A stretch of DNA of 63,357 nucleotides, filler included, from Craspedostauros australis (Eukaryota): NCBI GenBank assembly GCA_030167865.1. It is 4 parts of 4 records of this genome, joined end to end, with 100 filler letters (N's around TTAATTAATTAA, not from the genome) between each part and the next. Parts side by side here need not be neighbours in the genome. Positions count along the whole stretch, not along the records: positions 24,513 to 36,173 come from JALAGF010001261.1; 3 more parts are not named here. The stretch is one strand, 5' to 3'. Positions within the stretch are counted from its first letter, which is position 1. Every line of letters begins with the position of its first letter. The notes beneath the pieces are model-generated. The model was not told the origin of the DNA. It searched no databases and saw only the letters and a list, made by a program, of their open reading frames with translations. A program made the translations under genes and the position numbers. This document shows, one piece after another, positions 24,513-33,482 of the stretch.

Positions 24513-25395
24513 AAAGAAGAGCGATCAGAGCATGGCGAGATTGGACTCCTCGATGTCAAACAGTCGACTCTGCTCTATTCTGGACTGCTCTTGTGTACTG
24601 CTGCTAACCAAGGGATCATTGCTCTCCCAAGCAGGATGGGCGCAACGATACACATGCATCCAAGTTGCTGTTGCCAAGACGGTTGCTGGTGTACGGAATT
24701 CTGGAGTAGAACTAAAACGCTATTGCAGAAGTAATCAACCACAAACAATTACAATGTTTTACGATGAACGAAGTCGCAATGGATGATATCAGGATATAAG
24801 GAACTGATCATAGCATGTGAAGAACACAATGGTTGGCACCACAATGTTTTGTGATCATTTCCACCGCGTGTTAACACGCGCTGGGGCACACAGAAATTCG
24901 CCACGATACATCGCGGTGATTGGCATTCGTGAATGGGATCAACGAGTTCCTGCTCCAAAGAAACAAACAGATCTCGACCACTACCCAACCAATCGCCACT
25001 AAAGTTGGAGTGTGTGATTACAAGCCACACATGAGAGTGCTCACCAAAGGAGAGCCCAAAAAAACGGAGCGGCATGGACTTGCCGAGGAGGTTTGTGTCA
25101 AAAATGGTGGTTTTGGGGCCGGTTTGCGTGGGACTGACGTACAAAATGTACCAGCGTCTACGTCAAAATTGACTCATGCGACTAGTTACCAATTGTTACC
25201 AATGGTTACCAAAAAAATTGGCCTCCACTCAAGCCACGAGACACTAGTCGTAGAAGTAGTAGTACATACTCGTGATGGATGGGAACAGGAGGATCCAAGC
25301 CGCACGAACCAGAGAGAGAGAGAGGGGTGCGATCAAGAGAAGGAGGCAAACACGACGATGCTTGTGCGCAAAGAGAGAAAGAGAGGACACGTGCG

Positions 25396-25444
25396 AACAA
25401 GACAGCAACAAGACAGCAACAAGACAGCAACAAGACAGCAACAA
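25396..25444 (+). repeat. 11-bp tandem repeat (AACAAGACAGC) x4.5 upstream of the ankyrin gene
   Basis: Read directly from the sequence. Confidence 0.9.
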
Positions 25445-25667
25445 CACACCACACAACCCCACACTCGAGCACATCAACAACAGACATCGAATTGCCACTC
25501 ACATTCATCACACGGTGCATAGTACTCATATTATACTAATACAAGCTATTGAAGACACACCATCGATATCTCTGCCTCATAGTAGATAGCTCAGACTACA
25601 CACTTCCTTGACAGCCAATCCAACGCCAAAAGACCACCAACCATCAACCATCAACCATCCTCTCAAC

Positions 25668-27164
25668 ATGCCGAATGTCACGAATGAACAATTCCTTGGT
25701 GCTGCCTGGGCAGGTGACTTGTCGGTGTTGAAGCAATGGAAGAAGCAGAACAAGACGCAGAATGAAGGCGTTGATGTCAACATGGTTACAGGCAGGGGAC
25801 GTATCACTCCCCTTCATTTGGCATGCTACGAAGGCCAGCTGGAGTGTGTGAAGTATCTCATCGAATCATGTGAGGCGAACGTCAACTGCCAAAACAACAA
25901 TGGTATCACTCCCCTTCATCACGCATGCCGCAACGGCCAGCTGGAGTGTGTGAAGTACCTCATCGAATCATGTGAGGCGAACATCAACTGCAAAGACCAT
26001 GATAGTTACACTCCCCTTCATCGGGCATGCATGAACGGCCAGCTGGAGTCTGTCAAGTACCTCATCGAATCATGTGAGGCGGACATCAACTGCAAAACCA
26101 ATGATGGTTCCACTCCCCTTCATTGGGCATGCCACAACGGCAAGCTGGAGTGTGTGAAGTATCTCATCGAATCATGTGAGGCGAACGTCAATTGCAAAAC
26201 CAACAATGGTTCCACTCCCCTTCATCACGCATGCCGCAACGGCCAGCTGGAGTGTGTGAAGTACCTCATCGAATCATGTGAGGCGAACATCAACTGCAAA
26301 GACCATGATAGTTACACTCCCCTTCATCGGGCATGCATGAACGGCCAGCTGGAGTCTGTCAAGTACCTCATCGAATCATGTGAGGCGGACATCAACTGCA
26401 AAACCAATGATGGTTCCACTCCCCTTCATTGGGCATGCCACAACGGCAAGCTGGAGTGTGTGAAGTACCTCATCGAATCATGTGAGGCGGACATCAATTG
26501 CAAAACCAACAATGGTTCCACTCCCCTTCATTGGGCATGCCGCAGCAGCCACCTGGAGTGTGTGGAGTACCTCATTGAATCATGTGAGGCAAATGCCAAC
26601 TGCAAAACCAACAATGGTTTCACTCCCCTTCATGATGCATGCTACAACGGCCGCCTGGAGTGTGTGGAGTACCTCATCGAATCATGTGGGGCGAATGCCA
26701 ACTGCAAAGACAACGATGGTTTCACTCCCCTTCATCACGCATGCTGGGAAGGCCACCTGGAGTGTATCAAGTACCTCATCGAATCATGTGGGGCGGACAT
26801 CAACTGCAAAAACAACTATGGCAACACTCCCCTTCATTGGGCATGCATGAACGGCAAGCTGGAGTGTATGGAGTCCCTCATCAGAGGACTTTCGCCTTCA
26901 GTCCACCCACAACTGCAACAACTGCAGCAACGCTTACAACAAAACGAGCAAGAGAATGAACAGCCACAAGAACAGTTGGGACAGCAGTTGAAGCGAAAGA
27001 AGCAAGAGAATGAACACAAACACAGCAGTCACAAGAGGACCAAAATCAACATTGAAGAAGACAGCTCAGATCCTTCCAACCTGAGAACAGGGCAGACACC
27101 ATCTTCGTATGTGGACAGGACGACCGACAACAACCAATCAAGACAAACTCCGAAGTCTTCATGA
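25668..27164 (+). CDS. Ankyrin repeat ORF, 11 x 34-aa repeats with high internal identity; 5' part of a disrupted ANK-BTB gene
   Basis: TPLHxACxxGxLECVKYLIESCEAxxNCK repeats at a 102-bp period from 25803 to about 26890, followed by a Gln-rich coiled coil and a basic NLS-like segment (LKRKK..HKRTK). Confidence 0.9.
   Translation: MPNVTNEQFLGAAWAGDLSVLKQWKKQNKTQNEGVDVNMVTGRGRITPLHLACYEGQLECVKYLIESCEANVNCQNNNGITPLHHACRNGQLECVKYLIESCEANINCKDHDSYTPLHRACMNGQLESVKYLIESCEADINCKTNDGSTPLHWACHNGKLECVKYLIESCEANVNCKTNNGSTPLHHACRNGQLECVKYLIESCEANINCKDHDSYTPLHRACMNGQLESVKYLIESCEADINCKTNDGSTPLHWACHNGKLECVKYLIESCEADINCKTNNGSTPLHWACRSSHLECVEYLIESCEANANCKTNNGFTPLHDACYNGRLECVEYLIESCGANANCKDNDGFTPLHHACWEGHLECIKYLIESCGADINCKNNYGNTPLHWACMNGKLECMESLIRGLSPSVHPQLQQLQQRLQQNEQENEQPQEQLGQQLKRKKQENEHKHSSHKRTKINIEEDSSDPSNLRTGQTPSSYVDRTTDNNQSRQTPKSS
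25803..26890 (+). repeat. 102-bp tandem repeat array (about 11 units) with a 306-bp higher-order duplication
   Basis: Units start at 25803, 25905, ... 26823. Units 2-4 (25905-26210) recur almost verbatim as units 5-7 (26211-26516). Confidence 0.95.
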
Positions 27165-27707
27165 TCACCGTCCCATCCATTGAGACACTGATCGGCAAAG
27201 GAATCCAACATCAGCACGCGAATGATGGCGCCGAAGATGGCGCAGCCCCCATGCAAGTGACCGTCCCTCTTCTCAACCTACAACCCAAACACGTCTGATA
27301 CGTCCTCCAATGCATCTGCACAGCCAAGATATCCTTTCATGACAGCGTTCGTGACAACGCTGCTGCTCGCGTCGGCGCTCACATCGGCGCTCACACCAGC
27401 GCTCACCACGATGCATATGCCTCTCACCAGCCAACCCCTACCCACACTGGACAGGATGGTCTGCAACAGCTGATCCTTGTGGCCAATGAGTTCGGCTTCT
27501 GGCGACTCAAGCTTGTTCTTGAAGCGGAGTTGGCCCGCAAACATCTCGAAGAGAACACCATGATAAATGCGTTGATATGCGCCGATCAACACAACTGCTT
27601 GGTGTTGACGGATGCAGCAATGAGAATGGCAGCTGAAAATGAGAAAAATATGTTCACTCATCCAGATTTCAGCAAGCTGATTCTACAACCCCAACTGATG
27701 GGAGGCA
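27056..27707 (+). pseudogene. BTB/POZ plus BACK-like (SPOP-type) domain, out of frame with the ankyrin ORF and with an internal TGA
   Basis: Frame from 27062 reads QLRSFQPENRADTIFVCGQ..IKTNSEVFMITVPSIETLI..VTVPLLNLQPKHV*YVLQCICT..LQQLILVANEFGFWRLKLVLEAEL..INALICADQHNCLVLTDAAMRMAAEN..FTHPDFSKL. TGA at 27296-27298. The LINE 3' tail begins at 27708. Confidence 0.75.
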
Positions 27708-27887
27708 TGTTGTTGTTGTGTCACATAGACTATAGTTTTACCTATGCGCCGATGGCGCTTTTGTACCGCCTCGTTTATTCTGCATGTATCATACAGCGGG
27801 AACGGATAAAGTAGAGGTCGTGCAGTCGGAGCCTGTTCGTGTCGCGATGCTGGCCGGGTGGCGCTGTCGAGCCGCGGCGTATGCAAG

Positions 27888-30800
27888 CTAGCAAGGCGGG
27901 GCTGCCGACGAGGCGGGCCGCCCGGACTGGTGGGATTCTGACACAGCGCGCCTCAGCCATGCCACTTGCGTTGGGGGGATGGTGTCGGCCACGTGAGGCA
28001 TGGCATGGAGCATCACGAGCAGCCACTCTGCCTTCTTGGGCGTCGTGCTTGGCACCTGCTGTGCGATCTGGCGAAGATGCACCGGAAGCGAGGCGAGCGG
28101 GAGCTCCCTTAGCGCCGTGGAGTACGACTCCATGCGTTGGGCCATCAGGCTGCGCGTTCCATCCTCATGCAGCTGGCGGTTCCTGGACGTCCACTGCTGA
28201 AGGATCATGAGCCACAGCTCGTGAGTCACATCAGCCTGCCAGTGGACTGGCCGTCTCCGCGCTGCTGTTGGCTCCGGATTCGGGCTGAACTGCTCCCATG
28301 CGGTGGACCACCCTCCCCAAAGAAGTCCGTCCCAACCGACACCATGCTGCGCCACCTCAATGCCATGCGTCGCCGTGCGCCGAATGCCTTGCGGCGGGTT
28401 GCCGCCTTGCTGGAGGATGCGGAGGGCTTTGACCAGCAGTTGGGCCGCCTCTCGTCGGACCCGAGGAGGCTGGATCACTTTCCGAATTCGTTGAACTGCG
28501 TCTTCCCATATGGCCTTGCTGTCATCGCTTGGGCAGCGCACCACATGCCAATTGTCTTCGACGGCCCCGCACCTGGGGCAGGCCCCGGAGGCAGACTGCC
28601 CACGCCGGCACATGTTCCTGCCGGACGCCGCGTTCCCGGACGCCAACTTGAGGATGGCCCGTTGCTGGCCGCCTCTCCATCGGGACGACGCCCTCATCAT
28701 GGGCCTCCAATCGACTGCGTGGCTTGCGGCGGACCCCCAGCGCTGGCGCCACTTGTTGCGCAGGCCCTGAGTTGCCGCCGCTTGGGAGACGGCCTCGTAG
28801 CTGGCCTCTGAAACTGGCCCGCTGAGGTCTGCAACTACCCAGCCCGCTGACTGTGGCGCCCCGGAGACCGAGCCCCACGATTGGGCTTGGTCGATGGCCC
28901 GCCAATGTCTGCCGGCCTCGTGATCCGCCACGACATTGAGAACCTCCCAGTCCGACAACTGGTGGTTCGCCCGTGCGTCCGCATGCCCCTTGACGTGCTG
29001 GACCTTGAACCGCACTGCTGTCGACTGCAGCTGACGCTGGATCTCCTGCCGCAGATCGAAGTCGGCTTCGTCGGATGGGATGAGCCGTGCCCTCGCGCTG
29101 GACCGTATTGCTTGCATGTTGTCACACGCAATGGTGGCAGACCCCTTCACGTCCGCCCACGCTGCGAAGGCCCGCAGGAACTGCATGGCCAGTAGCACTC
29201 CCGCTGTCTCGGCTCTGTTCGACGTCATTGGCTGGGAACCTTCCGGGACCTCAGAGCAGAGCAAGATACCTGAAGTGGGTTGGACGAGGCTGTCCTGAAT
29301 CACCACCGCAGCGGCGCCTCTGTTGTCTTTGGCCGACGCATCGCAGCATGCCACGCACTGCCCGCTTGCGATGGCAGTCGAGATGGATGCTGTCGACCCG
29401 TGGATGCGCACGTGGCGGAGCATTTGGTCTGCGAGGCCTCCCATGCCGACGATGTGCTCTCGGAGCGTGGTCGCCAGCGCAGGGCGCAGGACTTGTCCCA
29501 GCGAGAGCACCACCGTGGTGCCTCGGTGTGCATGGGCGTCTGCGACGGCCTCCCCGCGGACTCGACGACATCTGTACTCCGTGTGGAGAATTTGCTGCGG
29601 CGATTGCCTTGGCCGATGGCTCTCGAGCAGGCCGGACTGGCTCTGCCGCACGCGGAATCTGTCCGCGCTGTGCCACGGCCCCAGAGGCTTGCGCAGTGCG
29701 GCGCCCGGCCGGTCCCTGGCCAGCAAGTGCAACACCAAGGCATCCCACGCGTGCCACGCAGCTTGTGACGGGGGCACCGTCTTCGGCCATGGGAGGTCAC
29801 TGTCCGCACGTGTAGCGGGTAGATGGCGCAGCACCATGGGGTGTATCTTGCCCCCTTCGGCATCGCAGATGTCCGACAGCCACAGTGCTTGCAGATGCAC
29901 CCGGACTGCGTTGGCCTTGCGGAGCTCCACTTCGTCGCTCGTGCAGTCGAGGAACCGGCTCATGATAGTGACATCGCCCACGCGAGGGGGCTGTAAGGCT
30001 GGTGACACCTGTCGCATGTGAAGCTCGGACTGGCTCATCATGTCAAAGGTATGTGACCACCACGTGTCGTGGGTCCACTTCCGCCAACGGCGATGGAGCT
30101 GCTGGATCCGATCGACGACTCCAGACCACAGTTGAAGCTGCAATAGAGATGACCGTAGGAGCCGTCCTGTGGTGGTGTCAGCCTCAAAGTGTCGCCAAAC
30201 CAGCTCCAAGTGCGCTTTGCATTGCACTGTGAACAGGTGAGGTATGCCAAGGCCATTCAGCCGCCGGGGCCCGTGCACATACGGCCTTGCAATGGACCTC
30301 ACGATCCCCATGTGTGGAAGCGCCACACTGAGCGCGGGCCTCATTATGGTCTCGCACTGGCCGCGGGTGAGCGTGGTGGCAGCTAGCGAGTATGTGAGGG
30401 CCGGCCACAGGACCGCCTTGAGCGCAATCTCGGTGTCCTGCTTCGAAATCCGGGCCGTCTGGATGTGGGCAGCCCACTCGGCAGCCTTCGCCCGAAGATA
30501 TTCGGCGTGCTCCCTCTGGTTGCCGTCACGGCGCGACATCATTCCAAGGTATTTGCTGGCCTCGTCCACTGGCTTGTGTTGGAGAACCTGCCCTTGCTCG
30601 CCGTCGCCCCGCATTGTTATGTCTTGGGGCTGGGTTCGCCTGTCGTATTGCCATCTGTAGTTGCCCCACCGGAAGCGGACAAGCTGCCAGAAGCTTTTCT
30701 CAGGTGCCAGGCAGCCTCCTGAAGCGGAGAGCATGTTCTCCCACAAGGAAACCATGTGTTGGAACTCGCGTGACTGCGATGCTGCGTCGGAACTCTCGAG

Positions 30801-33482
30801 CGAGTGAACGAGATTGGTGTCGTCCACATATGCGAAGCAGACCACCCGGTGCTCCCTTTGGCCCGTCTCGCCGTACTGGAACCCATAGCCTTTGTTCTGC
30901 ATTCGCTCGATCAGCGCCGAGCTGATCATGAGCCATCCCGTGGGGGCAGCTCCCAGGCCTTGGACGAGGCCTTGGATCGGGTTGGAGAGACCTGCACCCG
31001 AATAGCTGGTATTGGATACACCTGACCCCATGCTGATGCGATGCTCCATGCGCTGCAGTGTGCGCAGCACGCTTTCAATGGGAGCTTTGGGGACGCCTTG
31101 GCGGCGCATGGCCATGCCGAACGCGGGGTGTGAGATGCGGTCGTAACACCCTTTGGCATCGTTGGAGCATACCGCCGTCGCTCTCCCAGAGATCCTCATA
31201 ATGTCGTCCGCCATGCAGACGTTGGCGAGCACCTCCTGAGCGGTATGGTTCTGGCGGCTGCCGTATTGGTCCTCGGCAATGGTCCCAGTGAGCTCAGCGT
31301 GGCCCCTGGCAGCCCGGCCAAGCTGCCTGGTGTTCATATTGAAGTCCCCTTCCATTAGCCCTATCGTGCGGGTCTTGGTGACAGACAGATTTCCTGGCTG
31401 CTTGCGCAACTGAATGTCGGTGCACTGTTGCCACCTCCGCAGACTGTAGCCTGTGCAGTACGGAATCGACCGCATGATCGCGTCGATGGCCGCCAGCTCT
31501 GGGCGCCTTGTGTTCGCCTTCCAACAACCAAAATGAATGCCGGACGGACCGGAAGACGTGCGCTCCTTGATCTTCCGCCACCCGTCTGTGTGGCACTCCG
31601 TGGAGATGACGGTGTCGGACGGGCGCCACGGAGTGACTCGAGGCGACTGCTGGAGAGCTATGAGAAGCTCTGACGTGCCGTGCTGGACTTGTGTCGGCAC
31701 CAGCCCCATGATGATGGCGTCGGCGCCCGCGGTCGTGCCGTACTTGCCCACGAGTTGGCTCAGGCCTGGCTGGCACAGTTCGGAGGACCACGCTTGTTGG
31801 TATTTGGCGATGTTCGTCGCACAGCATGCTCCTGCTACCTCTTCGGAGTCTGTGAGAATCTCCCCGCTGCCGCCTGGCCCGTCGTGGACGACCATGCTGA
31901 CCTGTGAGTCGCTGGCCGTGCCTGCCAGAGCTTGCTTGATGCGTCTGAACGTCGCACGGGTCTCCTCCCGTTCGGCCATCTGCTTCCTGTATTTTAGGGG
32001 ATCCCCGCCACCTTCTTGGATGAATCCCTCATTCGCTCGGAGGAAATCGACTCGGTGTTGCGCCGCCAGCCGTTTCTCCTTCTTGAGCTGACGCCACGTC
32101 TTGTTTCGCTCGACTGTCATGTCTGCCGTGCTCATGTCACGGGTGCGGACGTGCTCCAGGTGCGCCTTCTTCTTCAGCCTGTCGATGGTGGATCCTTTGA
32201 CCTGGTGGCCCGACCTTCGCCGCAGGGACTCGGTCCAGAACTGATGGGCTTTCTGAATGCGGTTCACCAGTGGCGAGTACGGGACGTTTCCCACTCGGAT
32301 TTTGCGGCACGATCGCTCTGCTTTGAGCATAGCCTTCGTGCGATCCGCATCAATGTCCTCGATTGCTCTCGCTTGCTCCTGGGTGAGGGGCGCCCCTGTC
32401 ACCTCCCGCTCCAGCGCGTTGGCGCGCTCCAGCAACCTGCTCTGTCGAGCCGCTTCGGCGTACGAGTCGAGATACCGGCTGACCGTGGCCGGCCTTTGCA
32501 GCTGAAGCCTGCGACCGCGGAATGGTTGTGTTGGACTGCGGCCTCTGCCCATGAGCTGTTGGGTTGCGTAGTCCACCCATACCATGCGATGGTCCCACGG
32601 ACCGAATGGTGTGGCCCCTGATTGAGTAGCCATCGCCTCCGGAGTGGACCAGATGCCATCGATCTGTACGTTGCTGCGGTTCCGAATGTGGGTGGCTGCT
32701 GACTGTGGGTGCTGCGTGGAAAGTGCCTCTGTCATTCCTTCGTCAGCCAACATCGCACTCACTCGGGACTTCCTCACGTCCATATTGACATCGCCACCCA
32801 GGATGATCGTCTCACCCGCTTGACGCCATTGATGAAGCTGGCTTTGCAACTCACTCAGGTGGAGGTCGATGGGATCCGCGTCGATGCCCACTGCAGCCGC
32901 ATTGGACGCCTGTTGGTTGTACACCGTTCCTGGGGTTTTGGTTGACCGGTTTGCTACGTAGGTAGCCACCAGCCGCACCTTGATGTGGCCTTTGCCCTGT
33001 AGAAGCACGCTGACCCATCTGCCCCATTGGTGGGTGTCTTTCTCGCTTGTCAATATGCGGCCTCGGGTGCTGCCTTTGATAAGGATTGCTGTCCCACCCC
33101 ACTGCCTCACCCGCATCGGGTTGGACTGATTGTGCGACGTGACGGTGCGTGACTGGGGTACGTTCTGCTGGACGATTTCGTGGAGCCGTTTGTGCCGCGG
33201 CACCTTGCTCCAGTTGATACCAACCTCGGTTAGGAGCATGACGTCGACGTTGTACTTGCGGATTGTCTCCCAGAGGTCCTGATACTTGGGGTCGGTCTCG
33301 TCCATGGGTAGGCCGCCGAGGTTGAGCGCTGCGACCCGAATGTGACCTGGGACGATGTTTTGGGTGTCCCCACCTATGGAGGCGAATTGATCGATCACCT
33401 CTTCCGTGCCTGATCGATCGGTGTTGTCTTGCCTGTTGCTCTGCCGGCCGGACTGCGCGCGGCTTGCAGTGCTTGCTAACAT
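27888..33482 (-). CDS. LINE ORF2 (1864 aa): APE endonuclease, reverse transcriptase, RNase H, CCHC zinc knuckle
   Basis: APE: ALNLGG, DVMLLTE, GGTAIL, ILGGDVN, QIDGIW, DHRMV. RT: SSGPSG, RTIGLM, QYGSR, DAKGCYDRI, GLVQG, AYVDD, KYLG. RNase H: CDAS, RAETAG, ACDN, HVKGHAD, NVVAD. Zinc knuckle: CPRCGAVEDNWHVVRC. Confidence 0.95.
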   Translation of the reverse strand: MLASTASRAQSGRQSNRQDNTDRSGTEEVIDQFASIGGDTQNIVPGHIRVAALNLGGLPMDETDPKYQDLWETIRKYNVDVMLLTEVGINWSKVPRHKRLHEIVQQNVPQSRTVTSHNQSNPMRVRQWGGTAILIKGSTRGRILTSEKDTHQWGRWVSVLLQGKGHIKVRLVATYVANRSTKTPGTVYNQQASNAAAVGIDADPIDLHLSELQSQLHQWRQAGETIILGGDVNMDVRKSRVSAMLADEGMTEALSTQHPQSAATHIRNRSNVQIDGIWSTPEAMATQSGATPFGPWDHRMVWVDYATQQLMGRGRSPTQPFRGRRLQLQRPATVSRYLDSYAEAARQSRLLERANALEREVTGAPLTQEQARAIEDIDADRTKAMLKAERSCRKIRVGNVPYSPLVNRIQKAHQFWTESLRRRSGHQVKGSTIDRLKKKAHLEHVRTRDMSTADMTVERNKTWRQLKKEKRLAAQHRVDFLRANEGFIQEGGGDPLKYRKQMAEREETRATFRRIKQALAGTASDSQVSMVVHDGPGGSGEILTDSEEVAGACCATNIAKYQQAWSSELCQPGLSQLVGKYGTTAGADAIIMGLVPTQVQHGTSELLIALQQSPRVTPWRPSDTVISTECHTDGWRKIKERTSSGPSGIHFGCWKANTRRPELAAIDAIMRSIPYCTGYSLRRWQQCTDIQLRKQPGNLSVTKTRTIGLMEGDFNMNTRQLGRAARGHAELTGTIAEDQYGSRQNHTAQEVLANVCMADDIMRISGRATAVCSNDAKGCYDRISHPAFGMAMRRQGVPKAPIESVLRTLQRMEHRISMGSGVSNTSYSGAGLSNPIQGLVQGLGAAPTGWLMISSALIERMQNKGYGFQYGETGQREHRVVCFAYVDDTNLVHSLESSDAASQSREFQHMVSLWENMLSASGGCLAPEKSFWQLVRFRWGNYRWQYDRRTQPQDITMRGDGEQGQVLQHKPVDEASKYLGMMSRRDGNQREHAEYLRAKAAEWAAHIQTARISKQDTEIALKAVLWPALTYSLAATTLTRGQCETIMRPALSVALPHMGIVRSIARPYVHGPRRLNGLGIPHLFTVQCKAHLELVWRHFEADTTTGRLLRSSLLQLQLWSGVVDRIQQLHRRWRKWTHDTWWSHTFDMMSQSELHMRQVSPALQPPRVGDVTIMSRFLDCTSDEVELRKANAVRVHLQALWLSDICDAEGGKIHPMVLRHLPATRADSDLPWPKTVPPSQAAWHAWDALVLHLLARDRPGAALRKPLGPWHSADRFRVRQSQSGLLESHRPRQSPQQILHTEYRCRRVRGEAVADAHAHRGTTVVLSLGQVLRPALATTLREHIVGMGGLADQMLRHVRIHGSTASISTAIASGQCVACCDASAKDNRGAAAVVIQDSLVQPTSGILLCSEVPEGSQPMTSNRAETAGVLLAMQFLRAFAAWADVKGSATIACDNMQAIRSSARARLIPSDEADFDLRQEIQRQLQSTAVRFKVQHVKGHADARANHQLSDWEVLNVVADHEAGRHWRAIDQAQSWGSVSGAPQSAGWVVADLSGPVSEASYEAVSQAAATQGLRNKWRQRWGSAASHAVDWRPMMRASSRWRGGQQRAILKLASGNAASGRNMCRRGQSASGACPRCGAVEDNWHVVRCPSDDSKAIWEDAVQRIRKVIQPPRVRREAAQLLVKALRILQQGGNPPQGIRRTATHGIEVAQHGVGWDGLLWGGWSTAWEQFSPNPEPTAARRRPVHWQADVTHELWLMILQQWTSRNRQLHEDGTRSLMAQRMESYSTALRELPLASLPVHLRQIAQQVPSTTPKKAEWLLVMLHAMPHVADTIPPTQVAWLRRAVSESHQSGRPASSAAPPC

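Noticed and set aside
25803..26890. Regular repeat with variable segments, CRISPR-like or DGR-like at first sight
   Set aside because: The period is 34 codons in one open frame with ankyrin consensus. There are no unique spacers or cas genes, variation is not adenine-specific, and the adjacent RT is a LINE RT.
27775..27800. CTGTATGA...GAATAAA as a hammerhead ribozyme core
   Set aside because: Does not match CUGANGA/GAAA, the bases form a simple hairpin, and they are not conserved in the second element.
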